Source: Octopus vulgaris
Taxonomy: Eukaryota
Direction of reading: 5' to 3'
Length of the DNA stretch: 64,000 bases
Assembly (NCBI GenBank): GCA_951406725.2
Contig: OX597825.1
Location: 38,750,001 to 38,814,000, forward strand
Each line of letters opens with the position of its first letter. Within the stretch, counting starts at the first letter, position 1. This document shows positions 14,066 through 28,827 of the stretch, in pieces. The notes beneath the pieces are model-generated. The model had not been told where the DNA came from. It was given only the letters and a program-made list of their open reading frames with translations, and made no database searches. The position numbers and the translations under genes are program-made.

Positions 14066-14940
14066 CAGCAGCAGCAGCAGCACTAGTAGTAGTAGTAGTA
14101 GTAGTAGCAGCAGCAGCAGCAAAAGTTTTGAGTTTGGGACTTTGCGTTTTTATATGTTTTCTCGTTGAAAGACATTTTAACATTACATTTGACTTTAGAA
14201 CAAGTCAGATATCGATATAGACTCCCTATAGTGCCACGTACTTACGCATACAACTTCTCATTTAATCATTTAGGGTTTAAAAAGCTAGGAGCCAGTTGAG
14301 ATTTTATGTTCATCTAATACAATATACTCAGACATAACTTTGGAAACAGCCACGCTTATGTAAGGAAATATTACAGATAATCGTTGTTTATCATATTACC
14401 AACATCTGATGTTCAAAGTTCAAATACGGATGAGATGAACATTAACTTTCATAATTGTTTGTCGAAAAATATGCAACCAAAGATCAGGTCGATTTACTTA
14501 ACTAACTCATCCAAGTTCGTGGCCTTGTGCCTAATTTAAAAAGAGTTAAGAGTTAAAAGCATTTATTTGGTAGAAAGTCGGAAAAAGTGTCTCGCGATAT
14601 ATGTGCTAAATCTTAACATTCCGAATTCAAATGAGACCCAGGTCATCATGCCTTCCAGCCCTTCGGTGTAGATGAAATTATGTACTAGTGAAACAAGAAA
14701 AATTTCTTCCTCACAAAAAATTTGATTTCAGAAACTTGTTAGCTCACTGTTAGTTCAGTGCATCGAACAAAATGATTTACTATATTTAGTTATGCGCCAT
14801 TTGAGTCCAAGTTCAACACCCATTCTGGGCGATTTTTCATTCACTTTTGTGGATGGAACTCGATAAAATAATATTGCAGTTGTTCGCTTGTGTCAGAAAT
14901 AATACAATGTTCCCTTTCAAAAATGCTTAACCCTTACAAC
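13810..14940 (+). mobile_element. cluster of degraded SINE family C copies
   Basis: Recurrent degenerate AGTTCAAAT...CTTTCA...GATAAAAT...GGCCTTGTGCC words near 13810, 14390, 14570 and 14745. Confidence 0.45.
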
Positions 14941-15285
14941 GAATATGAAGACCATATAAAAATTATTTATCTCTAAACATTGCTTTAATTCAAACGGCCC
15001 GCAAATGTTCTCAAACAATCACCTTCCACAATCCATTAGTGTTATCTTTATTTGTGCGTCTGACTGTGTATACTGTATTGTATGATGTGTGCTGTACAGT
15101 ACAGTGAAATATGTATCTTCAGTGTGCGTATACGAGTGTGGCTATGTACAAATCTGCATGTGTGAAAATAATACGCAGCATTTGTCTTTTTATATATGCA
15201 TATGTATGTATGTTTGTATGTATTATGTATATGTGTGTATGTATGTGTATTTATTTTTGTGTTTGTGAGAGTATATATGTATGTA

Positions 15286-15355
<70 letters not shown>

Positions 15356-16058
15356 TGCGGCTATATGTGTGTGGGTGTTTCTAACCGTATATATCTATGT
15401 GTGTGCGTATGTATGTGTGTGTGTACATACATACATACATACATACAAGCAAATAAGAAAAGAATACACAGAATCGAAATAGACTGTCATTATGCGACAG
15501 AGCACAGAGTATATTCACAACTGTTACTCCGAGTTTGGATTGCAATGAAATCACGAAATGCACTTACACATATGCATACATCGATGCATACACTCACACT
15601 CATGCACACAGATACATGCACAGCACACACGAGAAGAGTATACATTCACACACACACAAACACACACACACATATATATGTATGTATATACATATACATA
15701 TATATGAAACAGACAAAACCGATTGGAAATGGAGTATATATGTGTGTATATATGTGTGTGTATGTGCTTGTGCATGTAAGTGTATATGTGTCTGTGTGAG
15801 TGAGTCTGCGTGTGTGTGTATGTGTGCGTTAGCGTGTCCGTTAGTTGCATGCATTTCTTGGATGTTACTTTTCACGACAATTTCTGTAACTGGATATCTG
15901 AATAATCACATATAGGAATACCAAGGCAACAATATAACATATTTAAAGTGGTATATATGTGTGTCTTTATGAGCCTCTGTGTGTACGTACGTGTGTATAT
16001 GTGTGTATGTATATACATTGATATATATATATATATATATATAGTACATATATGTATA

Positions 16059-16094
<36 letters not shown>

Positions 16095-16405
16095 GATATA
16101 TGTTAACATACGTATATTAATATATACATATAAATATTATATATATATATTTATATATATATATATGATATACGTATATATTCATATGTAGAACTACTAG
16201 AATAACAGAAGAAATGTAATATACACATGCATAGATATATGCATCCACACAAACACATATGTTTCTATTTTTCTGTGTGTGTTTAATATATACTATATAT
16301 ATATATATATATATATAAAGGGTGATAGACCTGATAGGTCGATGAATAAACAGACAGAGAGACAGACAGACAGAAAAACAGACAGACAGACAGACAGACA
16401 GATAA

Positions 16406-16448
<43 letters not shown>

Positions 16449-16821
16449 TGCATCGACATATACCTCAATATACTCACATAAGAATAAGTCCATTGACATT
16501 CCCTCACACCCATACAAGAAGATATTTGTATCTATATGGAATTGACATTGATGTCAGACTTCCAGGGACCAATATATACATGTAATTCACACCGAAATAT
16601 TTCCTTCTACATCTTCATATACATGCATTCTCAGTATATATATGTGCATCCAATGACAAAGATATATACACACTCGATCTCACGCGACACACTCATTCAC
16701 ACACACACATCTATATGCACACTCATACATATATATATGAATACACTCACATATATACACACATGTGTGTGTATATATGCGTGAGTAGTTACATATAAAA
16801 ATGGGCATACATATATGTGTT

Positions 16822-16887
<66 letters not shown>

Positions 16888-16939
16888 CGTAAGATGCATA
16901 TATATATATATGTATATAGAGATAGAGAGATGTCTGTAT

Positions 16940-16972
<33 letters not shown>

Positions 16973-17228
16973 ATGTATGTGTGTGTTTGTGTGTCTGTCT
17001 GTGCATTCATGTATACAAATATATATGTATATTCATATGTACTTGTATTCATTCACACACCCACCCACACATTCATACACCGACATTGAAACACACAAGC
17101 ATGTGTGGTATATATATATATATATATATATATATGATTGTGTCTACCCACAGCGTACGCTTTTAGTGTGTCTGTTTATCAATGTACAACTAGAAACATA
17201 CATGCATACACACACATAAACATGCATA

Positions 17229-17309
<81 letters not shown>

Positions 17310-17905
17310 ATACACACATACACACACTCACATTTTTTTGTATTAGTTTATCGTTTTTTTCTGAGGAACATATTTTAAAAATATACTATACCATTATCCC
17401 CAGGTAAACCATTTAAAAAGATATTATTAGTTTAGCTTTGTTTTTTGTTTTTTTAATCTGTTTTTTCATCGCTAATAGCATTCTATGGAAGATGACACGT
17501 TAATGAAATACATACATATGACGATTGCGGAATAAATCTTTCAGATATTAATAAAAAACTTACTGTAAAAAGAAAAATTCAATAAAATTTATATCAATAA
17601 GCAAAAGACGTACGTTTCAAAAATTATTTTTCTTATAAAACGAGTAAAATAGACTTTAATACTTTAGACACTTACCTGTAATATTTGCAATGAGGTCTGA
17701 CATCCGGTAAAAGTGTCAGTCCGAAGCAGAGGTGTGGTATATTCATTCATTTAAAAATTTAGTACCCGAAGATGGCGTGTGCATAGTATTTTAGGTTTCT
17801 TACTTCCGTGATTCAAGATGTTTGTTAGATCTGAACTTTATCCTTCCTCATTAATTCCTTTTTTTACATAGATAAATGTGTGAGTGTGTATACATGCATA
17901 CACAC

Positions 17906-17982
<77 letters not shown>

Positions 17983-18685
17983 TGTATGAATGTATGTATG
18001 TATGTGTCTGTCTATGTATGAATGTGTGTATTTTCTATATGTTTGCGTGTATTTTATTTTCTTGGATTAAATTCCTTCGAGAGCGAGCATATATACATGC
18101 GTGTGTTTGTGTATGCGTGCGTGTGTAATAGAATTTTATATATACCGATTTGTCTGCGGGCGCGTGCGCGTGTATATGTATGTAGTATTAAACTCACAAA
18201 GAACTTAATGTAAACGCAATTCTATAATACCCACACTGGGAAATTGGTATATACGGGTGTTTTTGTATCTGTGCGTCTACAGACGTCTGTGCGTGTGTGC
18301 GTGTTCGTTTGTCTATGTAGGAGGGCTAGTACGTGTGTGACAAACTATTCATATGATTATGTGTGTGCATGCCTTTCTATGCGCGTGTTAGACATGGGTT
18401 ACTAGTATTGTTTGTATGTGTGCGCGCGCACTGAGTTATGTTTATGTACGTACCTGCATGTGTTGTATTCGCATCAATACATCTATGTAAGATTTTATAA
18501 ATGTATCTGTGAATGTATGTGAGATATATGGAAATATATTTTGTGAATGTATATTAAAAACTACGTACAAGTATGTTTAAATCTACGTGTACTGGTGCGT
18601 GTGTGTTCTTTTTCGACGATGGTTCGGTATACATATACGCGTCTCAATCAATGAATATATGAATATAACATATATTTATACACAC

Positions 18686-18794
<109 letters not shown>

Positions 18795-19307
18795 TCTATA
18801 ATTCAAGCAACTTTATATCTACGTGTATAAATGTATAAGCATGTCTGTGTATGACGACAATTATTTGTTTACAGTCATCCCTCCCCGGGTACATACATCC
18901 CCATGTGTGGGTGTGTGCATGTGTGTTGAACTGTGTGTGTCTGTGTGTATCCGTATGTGTCTGTGTGTGTATGTGCGTGTATGTGTATGTGGCTCTGTAT
19001 GTTCCCGCATGGATGTATGCGTTTATGCAAGCTCGCGCTCCGATGTGTATCTCTAGAGAATATTTATAACTATATACATGTTGCTATACATATATATATA
19101 TGTATTATTTTATTCAAGAATGGAACTGGTTCCGTGTGTGCATTCATTTATACGGCATATATATATATATATATATATCAGTGTGAGAGAGACAGAGAGA
19201 GAGAGGGAGACTGTGTGTGAGAGAGAAAGAGAGACAGACAGATAGACAGAGACGAATTTATATATAATTAATGCATGTACCCATTTCCTGGAATGCATAT
19301 GTATGTA

Positions 19308-19386
<79 letters not shown>

Positions 19387-19709
19387 GATGGATAGACTCG
19401 GTATGAATATATATGTATGTGTTTTTAGGTGTTATTGTAAGCATATATGTATACTTGTCTGTTTGTGCATATACATATTACTGTAGAGCGTGACCAATAA
19501 ACAACGCAAAATATGAGTACGTGAGTGTGTGTGTATGTATATGTATATGTGTAAAAGTAGAAGGAAAGGGATTTATAGATGTATGCTTATATGCATATGC
19601 ATGTATACTTAAATGTATATGTATGAATTCGTATATGTATACGTATGCATGTTTATATGCATGTATATGTATTCCTATATACAGGTGCGTGTTTCTGTCT
19701 AAGTATACG

Positions 19710-19740
<31 letters not shown>

Positions 19741-20149
19741 GTGTGTATGAGTGTCTTTGTATGTGTGTGTGAATGAGCGTGTGTACAATCCTACAGCTAC
19801 AAGTATCTAGTTGTGCCGTATATCTGATATCTAATCATATGTGAATATATGAACGCATATACACGTATCATGTATATATGTATGTACATATGTGTGTGTC
19901 TGTGTGTGTGTGTGTGTTGAGAGAGAGAGAGAGCGACAGACAGATAGATTTCTATATATATATATATGTATGTAAATATATAATATAGAGTGAGACACAC
20001 ACACACACGTATGTATAAGCTCTGTGCGCGTGTTTTAAGTGTATGTTGTGTACATTTTATACAAGCTTGCTTTATATAATATGAATTTGAAAGAATTTTT
20101 CATATCCTTCATTTCATTTGAAATATACAAAGGAAAGAAATATCAGGAC

Positions 20150-20231
<82 letters not shown>

Positions 20232-21286
20232 CGATAATATTAATAATGATAATAATAATAATAATAATAATATATATATATATAAATATATATTATTTTC
20301 TCTTTCTTGTGTTATTTAATATCTCCGGTAAATACTCCTGGTTTGACTTGCTATAAATGTCGATGATAGTCCCTGTTGTTAATAATATGTTCCGTGGTAG
20401 TTTGATGCGAAACCGGCTTGCCACAAACACTCCAACACATCTTTTATAGAGCGACCTCTAAAAATATCCCACTGTTGGTGTTTCAGACACACGTTCTTCC
20501 AATGAGTTTCTTACTCTCTTTCTCTCTCTCTCTCTCACTCTCTCTCTCTTTCTTTCTCTCTCTCTCACACACTCTCTCTTCCTCTGCCTCTCTCCGATTT
20601 TCGGTGTCGATCTCTGCCTTTTTCTGTCTCTCATTCCGTGTGTATTTCTCCTCTCTCTCTCTCTCTCTCCCTGTCTCTTTCCCCCTCTCTCTCACTCTCA
20701 TTCTCTCTCCTCCCTTTATCTTCCTCACTCACACACAACATATATTTCTGTCAATCGTTTTCTATGTGATAACTTATTGTTTATTTTCTATTTGTCGTAT
20801 ATCTCTCTAACTGACTGTTACGCAGCATCCCCTCTTCTCTTATATACACAGTATATATACACACTTTATATCTCTGTGTGTTTGTGTGTGTGTGTATGTG
20901 TGTGTGTGTATGTGTATGTTTGCTATGTGTGCGTGTGTCTCATTACAAGTATATATAAGTTTCTGTCTATTTCTGTCCCTTCCTTCTCACGGGCACACAT
21001 ATTCGCACCCGTATGCATATTGAAAGAGAGGATATTCACACACTCGCTCAAGCTAACACACACACACACACACACATAAACACATTGTTACACACACACT
21101 GACTCACACACAAACACAGACACATCAACACACAGGCACAGACACACACACACATACAACGGATACTAACATCCATCCAATCTTACCGTATTTCATACAC
21201 ATTTCAGCCATTCACTCACTCGTCCTTTTTGTTTATTAATATTTTGTTCACTCTCTCTGTCTCTCCCTTTCTCTCTCTCTGTCACT

Positions 21287-21317
<31 letters not shown>

Positions 21318-21583
21318 CTCTTTTACTCTTTCACTTGTTTCAGTAATTTGACTGCAGCCATGCTGGAGCACCGCCTTTAGTCGAGCAAATCGACCCCAGG
21401 ACTTATTCTTTGTAAGCCTAGTACTTATTATATCGGTCTCTTTTGCCGAACCGCTAATTTACGGTGACGTAAACATACCAGCATTGGTTGCCAAGCGATG
21501 TTGGGGGAACAAACACAGAAACACAAACACACAAACTCATACACACAAACACACGCACACACACACACACATACACACACACT

Positions 21584-21619
<36 letters not shown>

Positions 21620-21706
21620 CATATATATACGACGGGCTTCTTTCTGTTTCCGTCTACCAAATCCACTCCCAAGGCTTTGGTCGGCCCGAGGCTCTAGTAG
21701 AAGAGA
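21318..21706 (-). mobile_element. SINE family A, 5'-truncated, with central (TG/TA)n
   Basis: Reverse complement of the family A body and tail. Confidence 0.85.
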
Positions 21707-21882
21707 CAAATATACACACATATATATATATATATATTTATGTTAATAAAATAGAACATATGCATATATATAAACATATATGTACGTACCTACCTCTACA
21801 TGTACATATACACGCATATATGTGTACTGGACACCAAAAAGACGTCGAACACACATATATATATATACATATATATATATAC

Positions 21883-21938
<56 letters not shown>

Positions 21939-21943
<5 letters not shown>

Positions 21944-22297
21944 AATCAAGGAACGGCCATAATAGGCCATTCACCCACTAGAAATAACAGCCAAAGCTTC
22001 AACCGCAAAATAACATTAATTCCGTAAACCAGGAGAAAATTAAAAAACATTTACCCTGTTAATTTTCTCCTGGTTTTTTAATTTTTTAATTTTTTAATTT
22101 TCTCCTGGTTTACGGAATTAATGTTATTTTGCGGTTGAAGCTTTGGCTGTTATTTCTAGTGGGTGAATGGCCTATTATGGCCGTTCCTTGATTGTGATGT
22201 TGAACTTAAAAATGGTCTATGACTATTTAATTTTTTCCCACTAGGCCGCTGGTGGCAAAAAAATTCTACAAAATTTTTTGCCACCCTATATTGATTA

Positions 22298-22302
<5 letters not shown>
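21939..22302. mobile_element. fold-back insertion in (TA)n with one-sided extension
   Basis: Essentially perfect arms 21939-22047 and 22090-22198; extension 22199-22302; (TA)n on both sides. Confidence 0.75.
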
Positions 22303-22340
<38 letters not shown>

Positions 22341-22342
<2 letters not shown>

Positions 22343-22600
22343 CGCAGGAGTTGCTGTGTGGTAAGTAGCTTGCTTAACACATGGTTACGGGTTCAGTCCC
22401 ACTATGTGGCACCTGAGCAAGTGTCGTGTACTATACCTTCGGGTGGACCAAAGCGTTTTGGTCAACGGAAACTGCATACGCATATGTTTGTGTGTTTGTG
22501 TTTGTCCCCAGCAAAAGAGACCGATGGGGTCGATTTGCTCGACTAAAGGCGGTGCTCCCTCATGGCCGCAGTCAAATAACTGAAGGAAATAAAAGAAAGA
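22341..22600 (+). mobile_element. SINE family A, internally deleted
   Basis: Head GCGCAGGAGTTGCTGTGTGGTAAG...GGGTTCAGTCCCAC and tail GACTAAAGGCGGTGCTCC. Confidence 0.8.
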
Positions 22601-23522
22601 ATGTGTGTGTGTGTGTGTGTGTATACATACACGAAGAAATTGGTAGCTAACCAGATTGATCGATGTATACATAGCCATCTATCTACAGGTTATTCAGTAT
22701 TGTTCACACACACATATACGTGCCCGTATATGCGTGTTTCTTTGTGTGAGTGCGCGCGTGGGTGTAACGTGTTTGTGTGTGTGTATGAGTGTGTGTGTGT
22801 GTGTGTAGGTGTACGTGCACGTTTCGTTTATGTGCGGGAGGGGAGAATTTTGTTCGTAAACATGTCTTTTTGAAAAAACAAGAAATATTCGGGATAAACC
22901 TTTTTGTTTTGTTTTTCCTGATTTTCTCAATTTTCTATTTTTTTTGCATACTTCATTGTTAATCCGTTATATTTATTTTGGAACAACACTCCACTGTAAT
23001 CATTTAAATTCTGGTGCCAAGGCCGAGCGAGAATCTTTTGGAAATGGTTATGAAATATCATTTACTTTTTTGCTATTCGAAATCTAAGCAACAATTAAGG
23101 AAATATGGAAATTCTTTAATAAAATGGATTAAACACAAGCAAGCTCTGTGATATCTCTACTGTCACAATAGAAAGACACACAGACACAAACACACACAAA
23201 CACAACACACACACACGCACACACACACACAACACACTCACGCGTCGATATGCTTGCAATATATATGTGTAAGTGCGTGTATACTCTCTTATGTGTTTAC
23301 ACAAACACACGCACACATATATTTAAGCCTTTCTCTCTTTTTATCCTTCACCCGCCTTTTCTCTCTCTTTTTCCACACACAAACGCACCAGTATAAATCT
23401 ATATCTATATCTACAGTATAACAATATATACATATGCACACACACACTCGCACATACATACATGCATACATACATACACACATACATACATACATACATA
23501 CATACATACATACATACATACA

Positions 23523-23556
<34 letters not shown>

Positions 23557-23982
23557 CATATGCATACATGGAGGCATATGTGTGTGCATGTCCAGTGGTG
23601 GAACGTGGTCTTGTTTTAGGAGTACAACTCATTTTTCATTCACTGTATTTGTATAAAGTTGCGTCTTCGTGTCACGCAATCTTACCATCTCTCTCTCTCT
23701 CCCTCTCTTTCTTTATGTATGTATGTCTATTTCTTTCTCTCAGTTTATGTCCATCTGTCTGTCTATCTCCCTCTTTCTCTTCCACACACACAAACGTACA
23801 CACACACACAGAGTTGTTTGAATCGGTGAGGATGTCGCCTGCAATCTGAGTCTACACTTTTTCTTTCTCACACGTTCTTCATCTCTCTGTCTCTCAACTA
23901 GTTGTCCCATAATGCTTAAGATCAATCACTGTGTGTATGTGCCTCTCTTCTTTTGTTCCCCTCTCTCTCTCTCTTCTTTATG

Positions 23983-24046
<64 letters not shown>

Positions 24047-24047
24047 C

Positions 24048-24113
<66 letters not shown>

Positions 24114-24538
24114 GCATATTCATGCATAAACACACACATATGTCAACATGTTTTCCCATCGATATCACTATAGCGCTTGTTTTTTGTTCCAACACAATCT
24201 CACTTCTATGAACGCACAGAAACATACATACAGGAACACATACATGCATACACTAAAACACACACAAGCGCGCATATAAACACATATATACCCCGAACGC
24301 ACAAACACTCGCATGCACACACGCACGCAATCAAAAGTCAGAATCTCTCGCAGAAACACATAGTCATTCGGTTATTCCCTTGCTCGTCGTTCTATCCGTC
24401 TCAGTAAAATTTTGAATCTCCTTTTCTCCTCCACGCTCTATCTCTTTCTCTCTCTCTCACGCTCTCCTCTCTCAACCCCCACTCTCTTCTTTATTCTTAC
24501 ACACTATCTCTCTCTATCTACCCCCTCTGCCTCTCTCT

Positions 24539-24623
<85 letters not shown>

Positions 24624-25247
24624 AAGTTGTTTATCTATTTCGGTCTCTCTTCCGTCTCATTTTTTTTCTTTCTATACAATGTCATCACTTTGAAACACAT
24701 AAACACAATGCCTTTCTCTTTCACTTTTCTCTGTTTTTCCTCTCTTTCTCTCCCACTTTTTCACTTTCTCATATTCATATCAACATAGACTACCCCTCTT
24801 AACTTTGCAATCCGTCTCCTTTTTCTCTTCCTGGTTCTCTCTCTCTCTTTCAACATCTCTCTCTCTCTTTCAACATCTCTCTCGATGTCGCTCTATCTTT
24901 TTCTTTCTTACCCTTCTATGACGTTTCTTCTCTTAACATGACAATACTCACACACAGACATACACACACACACCTACACACACACGCACACATGCGCACA
25001 CGCAAACGCAAATGCAATATCTTTCATTCTCATTTTCTCTCTCTCTCTCTCGTCTATGATCTCTCTCTTTTCTCTCTTACCGCTCTTTATTTCCTATCTA
25101 TCCATCTCACTATACTCTACAATTCTTTCTATTTTCTCTCTCTCTTTCTCTCTTTCAAATTTTACTATTTTTGTATAAACGTTGTCATAATGCATACACA
25201 CTTGCAAACACATACACGTGTTGTATTCACAAACACTTACGTGCTCA

Positions 25248-25328
<81 letters not shown>

Positions 25329-28072
25329 ACACATACACATACAAACTCACATACACCCATCACGCACGCATATAGTCACTTAAATTCTCTAATTCGTAAA
25401 CATATACACACACATAGTGACACATACAAATAGTTTAAAACCGTTTGTCATCGTCCTCTTCCTTTTCCCCTCTCTGCTCAATGCTTCTATCATTTTTTAT
25501 TCTTTGCACTCACTGGACAGCATACGTATACATTTACACACACACATATACATGTACACGCACACATACTTGTACACGCACACATATATGTACATGCACA
25601 TATATATACACACATATTCTCACACACACACTTGCACACTCACAGCCAAAGATAAACATTCTCTCTGATTGCCTATCTCTCACTCTCTGTATCGACTCTG
25701 TTCTTTCTATTCTTTTAACCAATTTGACGCTGTTATTTTCACTCTTTGTGATGTTGTGTCTCTCAGTCTCTCTTTTTCTTTCTGTCTCTTTCCTTCAAAC
25801 ACACAAAAACAATCATAATCTCTGTCCCTGTCTCCCTCCCTTTTTCTTCTAATTGCTGCATATGTTCATGGTAATATTCGTAATTCTACATGTCTTTTTC
25901 GCAAATATCCATAGATATATGGAGCTTCATTGAAGTTTACTAGACAGAAAATAGGATAGTTTCCGATATTATATCCTTTTATTTTGCGGCTTTCAGGACT
26001 AAGAAACATTGTCAACAAGCATTAAAAGTCTCTGAACCCAATATATCCATATATAAAATATACGGCTTCAGCTCTCTACTGTATACAGATCGGATGTTTA
26101 ACTGCATGCGATCACGTTTATCGTTTAGATGTTCGATTCGTACAAAGATATGTTGGGCTCCCTCATAGAGGGTCCGTTTCAGCTTTTGCTGGTTATTCGC
26201 CAATGATCCACACTTTCTAATAAAAGCATAAGGCCAGCAATTTCTGAGGCGGAATTAAGTCGATTACATTGAATTCAGTGTTCAACTGATGTCTATTTTA
26301 TCGATGAAATGTAAAGTAAATTTGAACTGAGTACGTAAAGCCGGAAAAATGCAACAAATCATGTGGTCCGTCAAATAATTTGCCAGTTCATCCCATTACA
26401 TTTGCACATAAATAACATACTACAAAGTTCCTAATTCTAGTTTAGTATGGCTTTGAAATGCGTTGTTCTTCTGCGCGATTTTTCCTATTCGGTAGCTAAG
26501 AAAACATACCTGGTTATTTGGAAAGTAAACTATGCTTACTGCTAAGCCATGCTAATGATATATTCGCGTTAATTGTTAGTCAGTTCTAGAGTGTCTGAAA
26601 AGTTGATTTCTTTCCGTCGTTCGCCTGAGTGATTTGGTTTGTAAGTCTGTGTAATATTGACAAGAAGCCCAATGTCTCCAGACAAACTTTAGATATTTCC
26701 TGACTTGAGAATGCATCTTGTGTCTTTAAAGTTATCACGGTGTTGCAGCTTGCTGGATGATAGTTTCTGATGTACCTCGGCTGTAGTCGCTCTGGTTCTG
26801 CTACATAAGCTGGGGCCTCAATGTTAATTCCCCATTGTCGTCATATCTACCAAGATTCTCACATGGAGTATGATCAATTCGTAAATAATATTAGTTGTAT
26901 GAGAGGTTTCTCCGTTCAGAAACCGTTCGTTACTGCCATGACCAAAATTAGATGCATATTTATGTGATCCCGGTTTCATAAAATAACATATGCACTAATT
27001 TTTTCACGAACACTACTAGCAACCCATACTTCTGGTATTTTTTGTGAGAATTGTGCACTAGAGTTACGATCCTCATATAACGCTATGAATAACCACGTTT
27101 TGATTTAGGCGATCTTATGCCTTTTTCCAAACTTGTCATTCCAGACTGGAAAGATCGATACTGAAGATGATTTTGGCATGTTAAGTAGCAACCAAACTTA
27201 GTATGGAATTCTTTAATTTTGTCTATGTCGAGTGTACGTTTGTATGCATAAAAAGATGTTTGTTACATAAGCTTAAAGCAAAATACACTTAATGCTTTAC
27301 TGGTGCTAGGAGATACTAAATGTACATTATCGATCAGTACACAATGGACTGCAAAGTCTATTCAAGAAATGCATATACACTGTTATGTTCCCTCAGATGT
27401 CCCTCATTGGTTGTTCTTATCACACTAAGGGCTATATTATTGATAACAAAGCACATCAATTCTGCAGAGAAGAGGCGTGCCGCATTATTTCCTGAGGTTT
27501 GGTGCAGTGAAACAGTCTTCGACAGTTCAGGAAGAGTTCAAAATTTCAAAAACAACAATATGATGCAGTATTTCATGTTTTGCACTCGTCTCAGTTCGTA
27601 GACGCTGTGGGTCTGGAAGTTTGATGTATTTCATATTTCTAATTGAATCGTGAAATGATGTTTGCAACAGTAAACTATTTAGACAATAATATTTTACAAT
27701 GCAAGCATTTTATGAAGATATGATGGAGGTATCGTTTATTGATATTTCATCTTTCCTCTGTTTCAGTCATTGGACTCTGTGGCCATGTTGGACCAACGTC
27801 TTCAAAGGTTTCAGAGAACAAATCAATTTCAGTACAATGTTTATATTTTAAAATTGTTTGTTTGCGTACGTCCACTACTTGTATCGATTATTCCTATCTG
27901 TGTTTTTCGAGGCCGAACTGTTAAGTTATGAGGAAGAAAACAAACATCTGTTGTCAAGTGTAGGGAGAAAAACTCAGACAAACACACAGACACACAGACA
28001 CATACACACATTCACGCGCACGCACACGCACACAAACACAGACGTACGTGTGTATGTATATACATTTATACA

Positions 28073-28121
<49 letters not shown>

Positions 28122-28827
28122 TCGGCAGACTTTTTATAACGCTGCTGCACTTGTTAATTGATATTACAGATATTTTTCTTAACTGTAGTTAAATACAGTA
28201 TAAACATATTTTAAGCTACAACTTACAGATATTGATGCAAATAATCGAGCTTAAGAAGTGAAATTAGATTATTTATCATTTCATTATTTGATAAACTCTT
28301 TCCTCACAGCGAAAAAAAAATGATGTTTTATTGTTATTGCCATATTTTTTCGTTAACTAATATTTCCTTTTTTTCTCTTACATTTGTTGTTGTGCTTAAT
28401 TTTCTTCGAGGTATCATAGTTTCCGTCAGTGCACCGAGTCTCTTTCACGTTTCACTACTTCCCTTTCACTTCAGTCGTTCATTTTATAGCTGGTGGGTGT
28501 GGTGATAACGGCTGATACATTCGTTCTGCTGAGGAGTTATGGGTTGAAGCATATTTTTACATTCAGCTAAGTTATATATCGCTATTATGATATAATGCAG
28601 TTTTAACAATACCTTGCCCAAGGAGCCACGCAGGTGGACTGAACCCGGAACCATGATTTTGATGAGCAAGCTACATTATTTCATTAGAACTTGTCATAAA
28701 GGCATTACAAAGAGTAGCTTGCGGGCAGGACATATACATTGATGTGGTGAATGATGAAATAAGGATGATATTGATGAGAGAAGGCAGAAAACGCCCGGCG
28801 ATTTTCTGCTTCTCTAAAATATTGATC

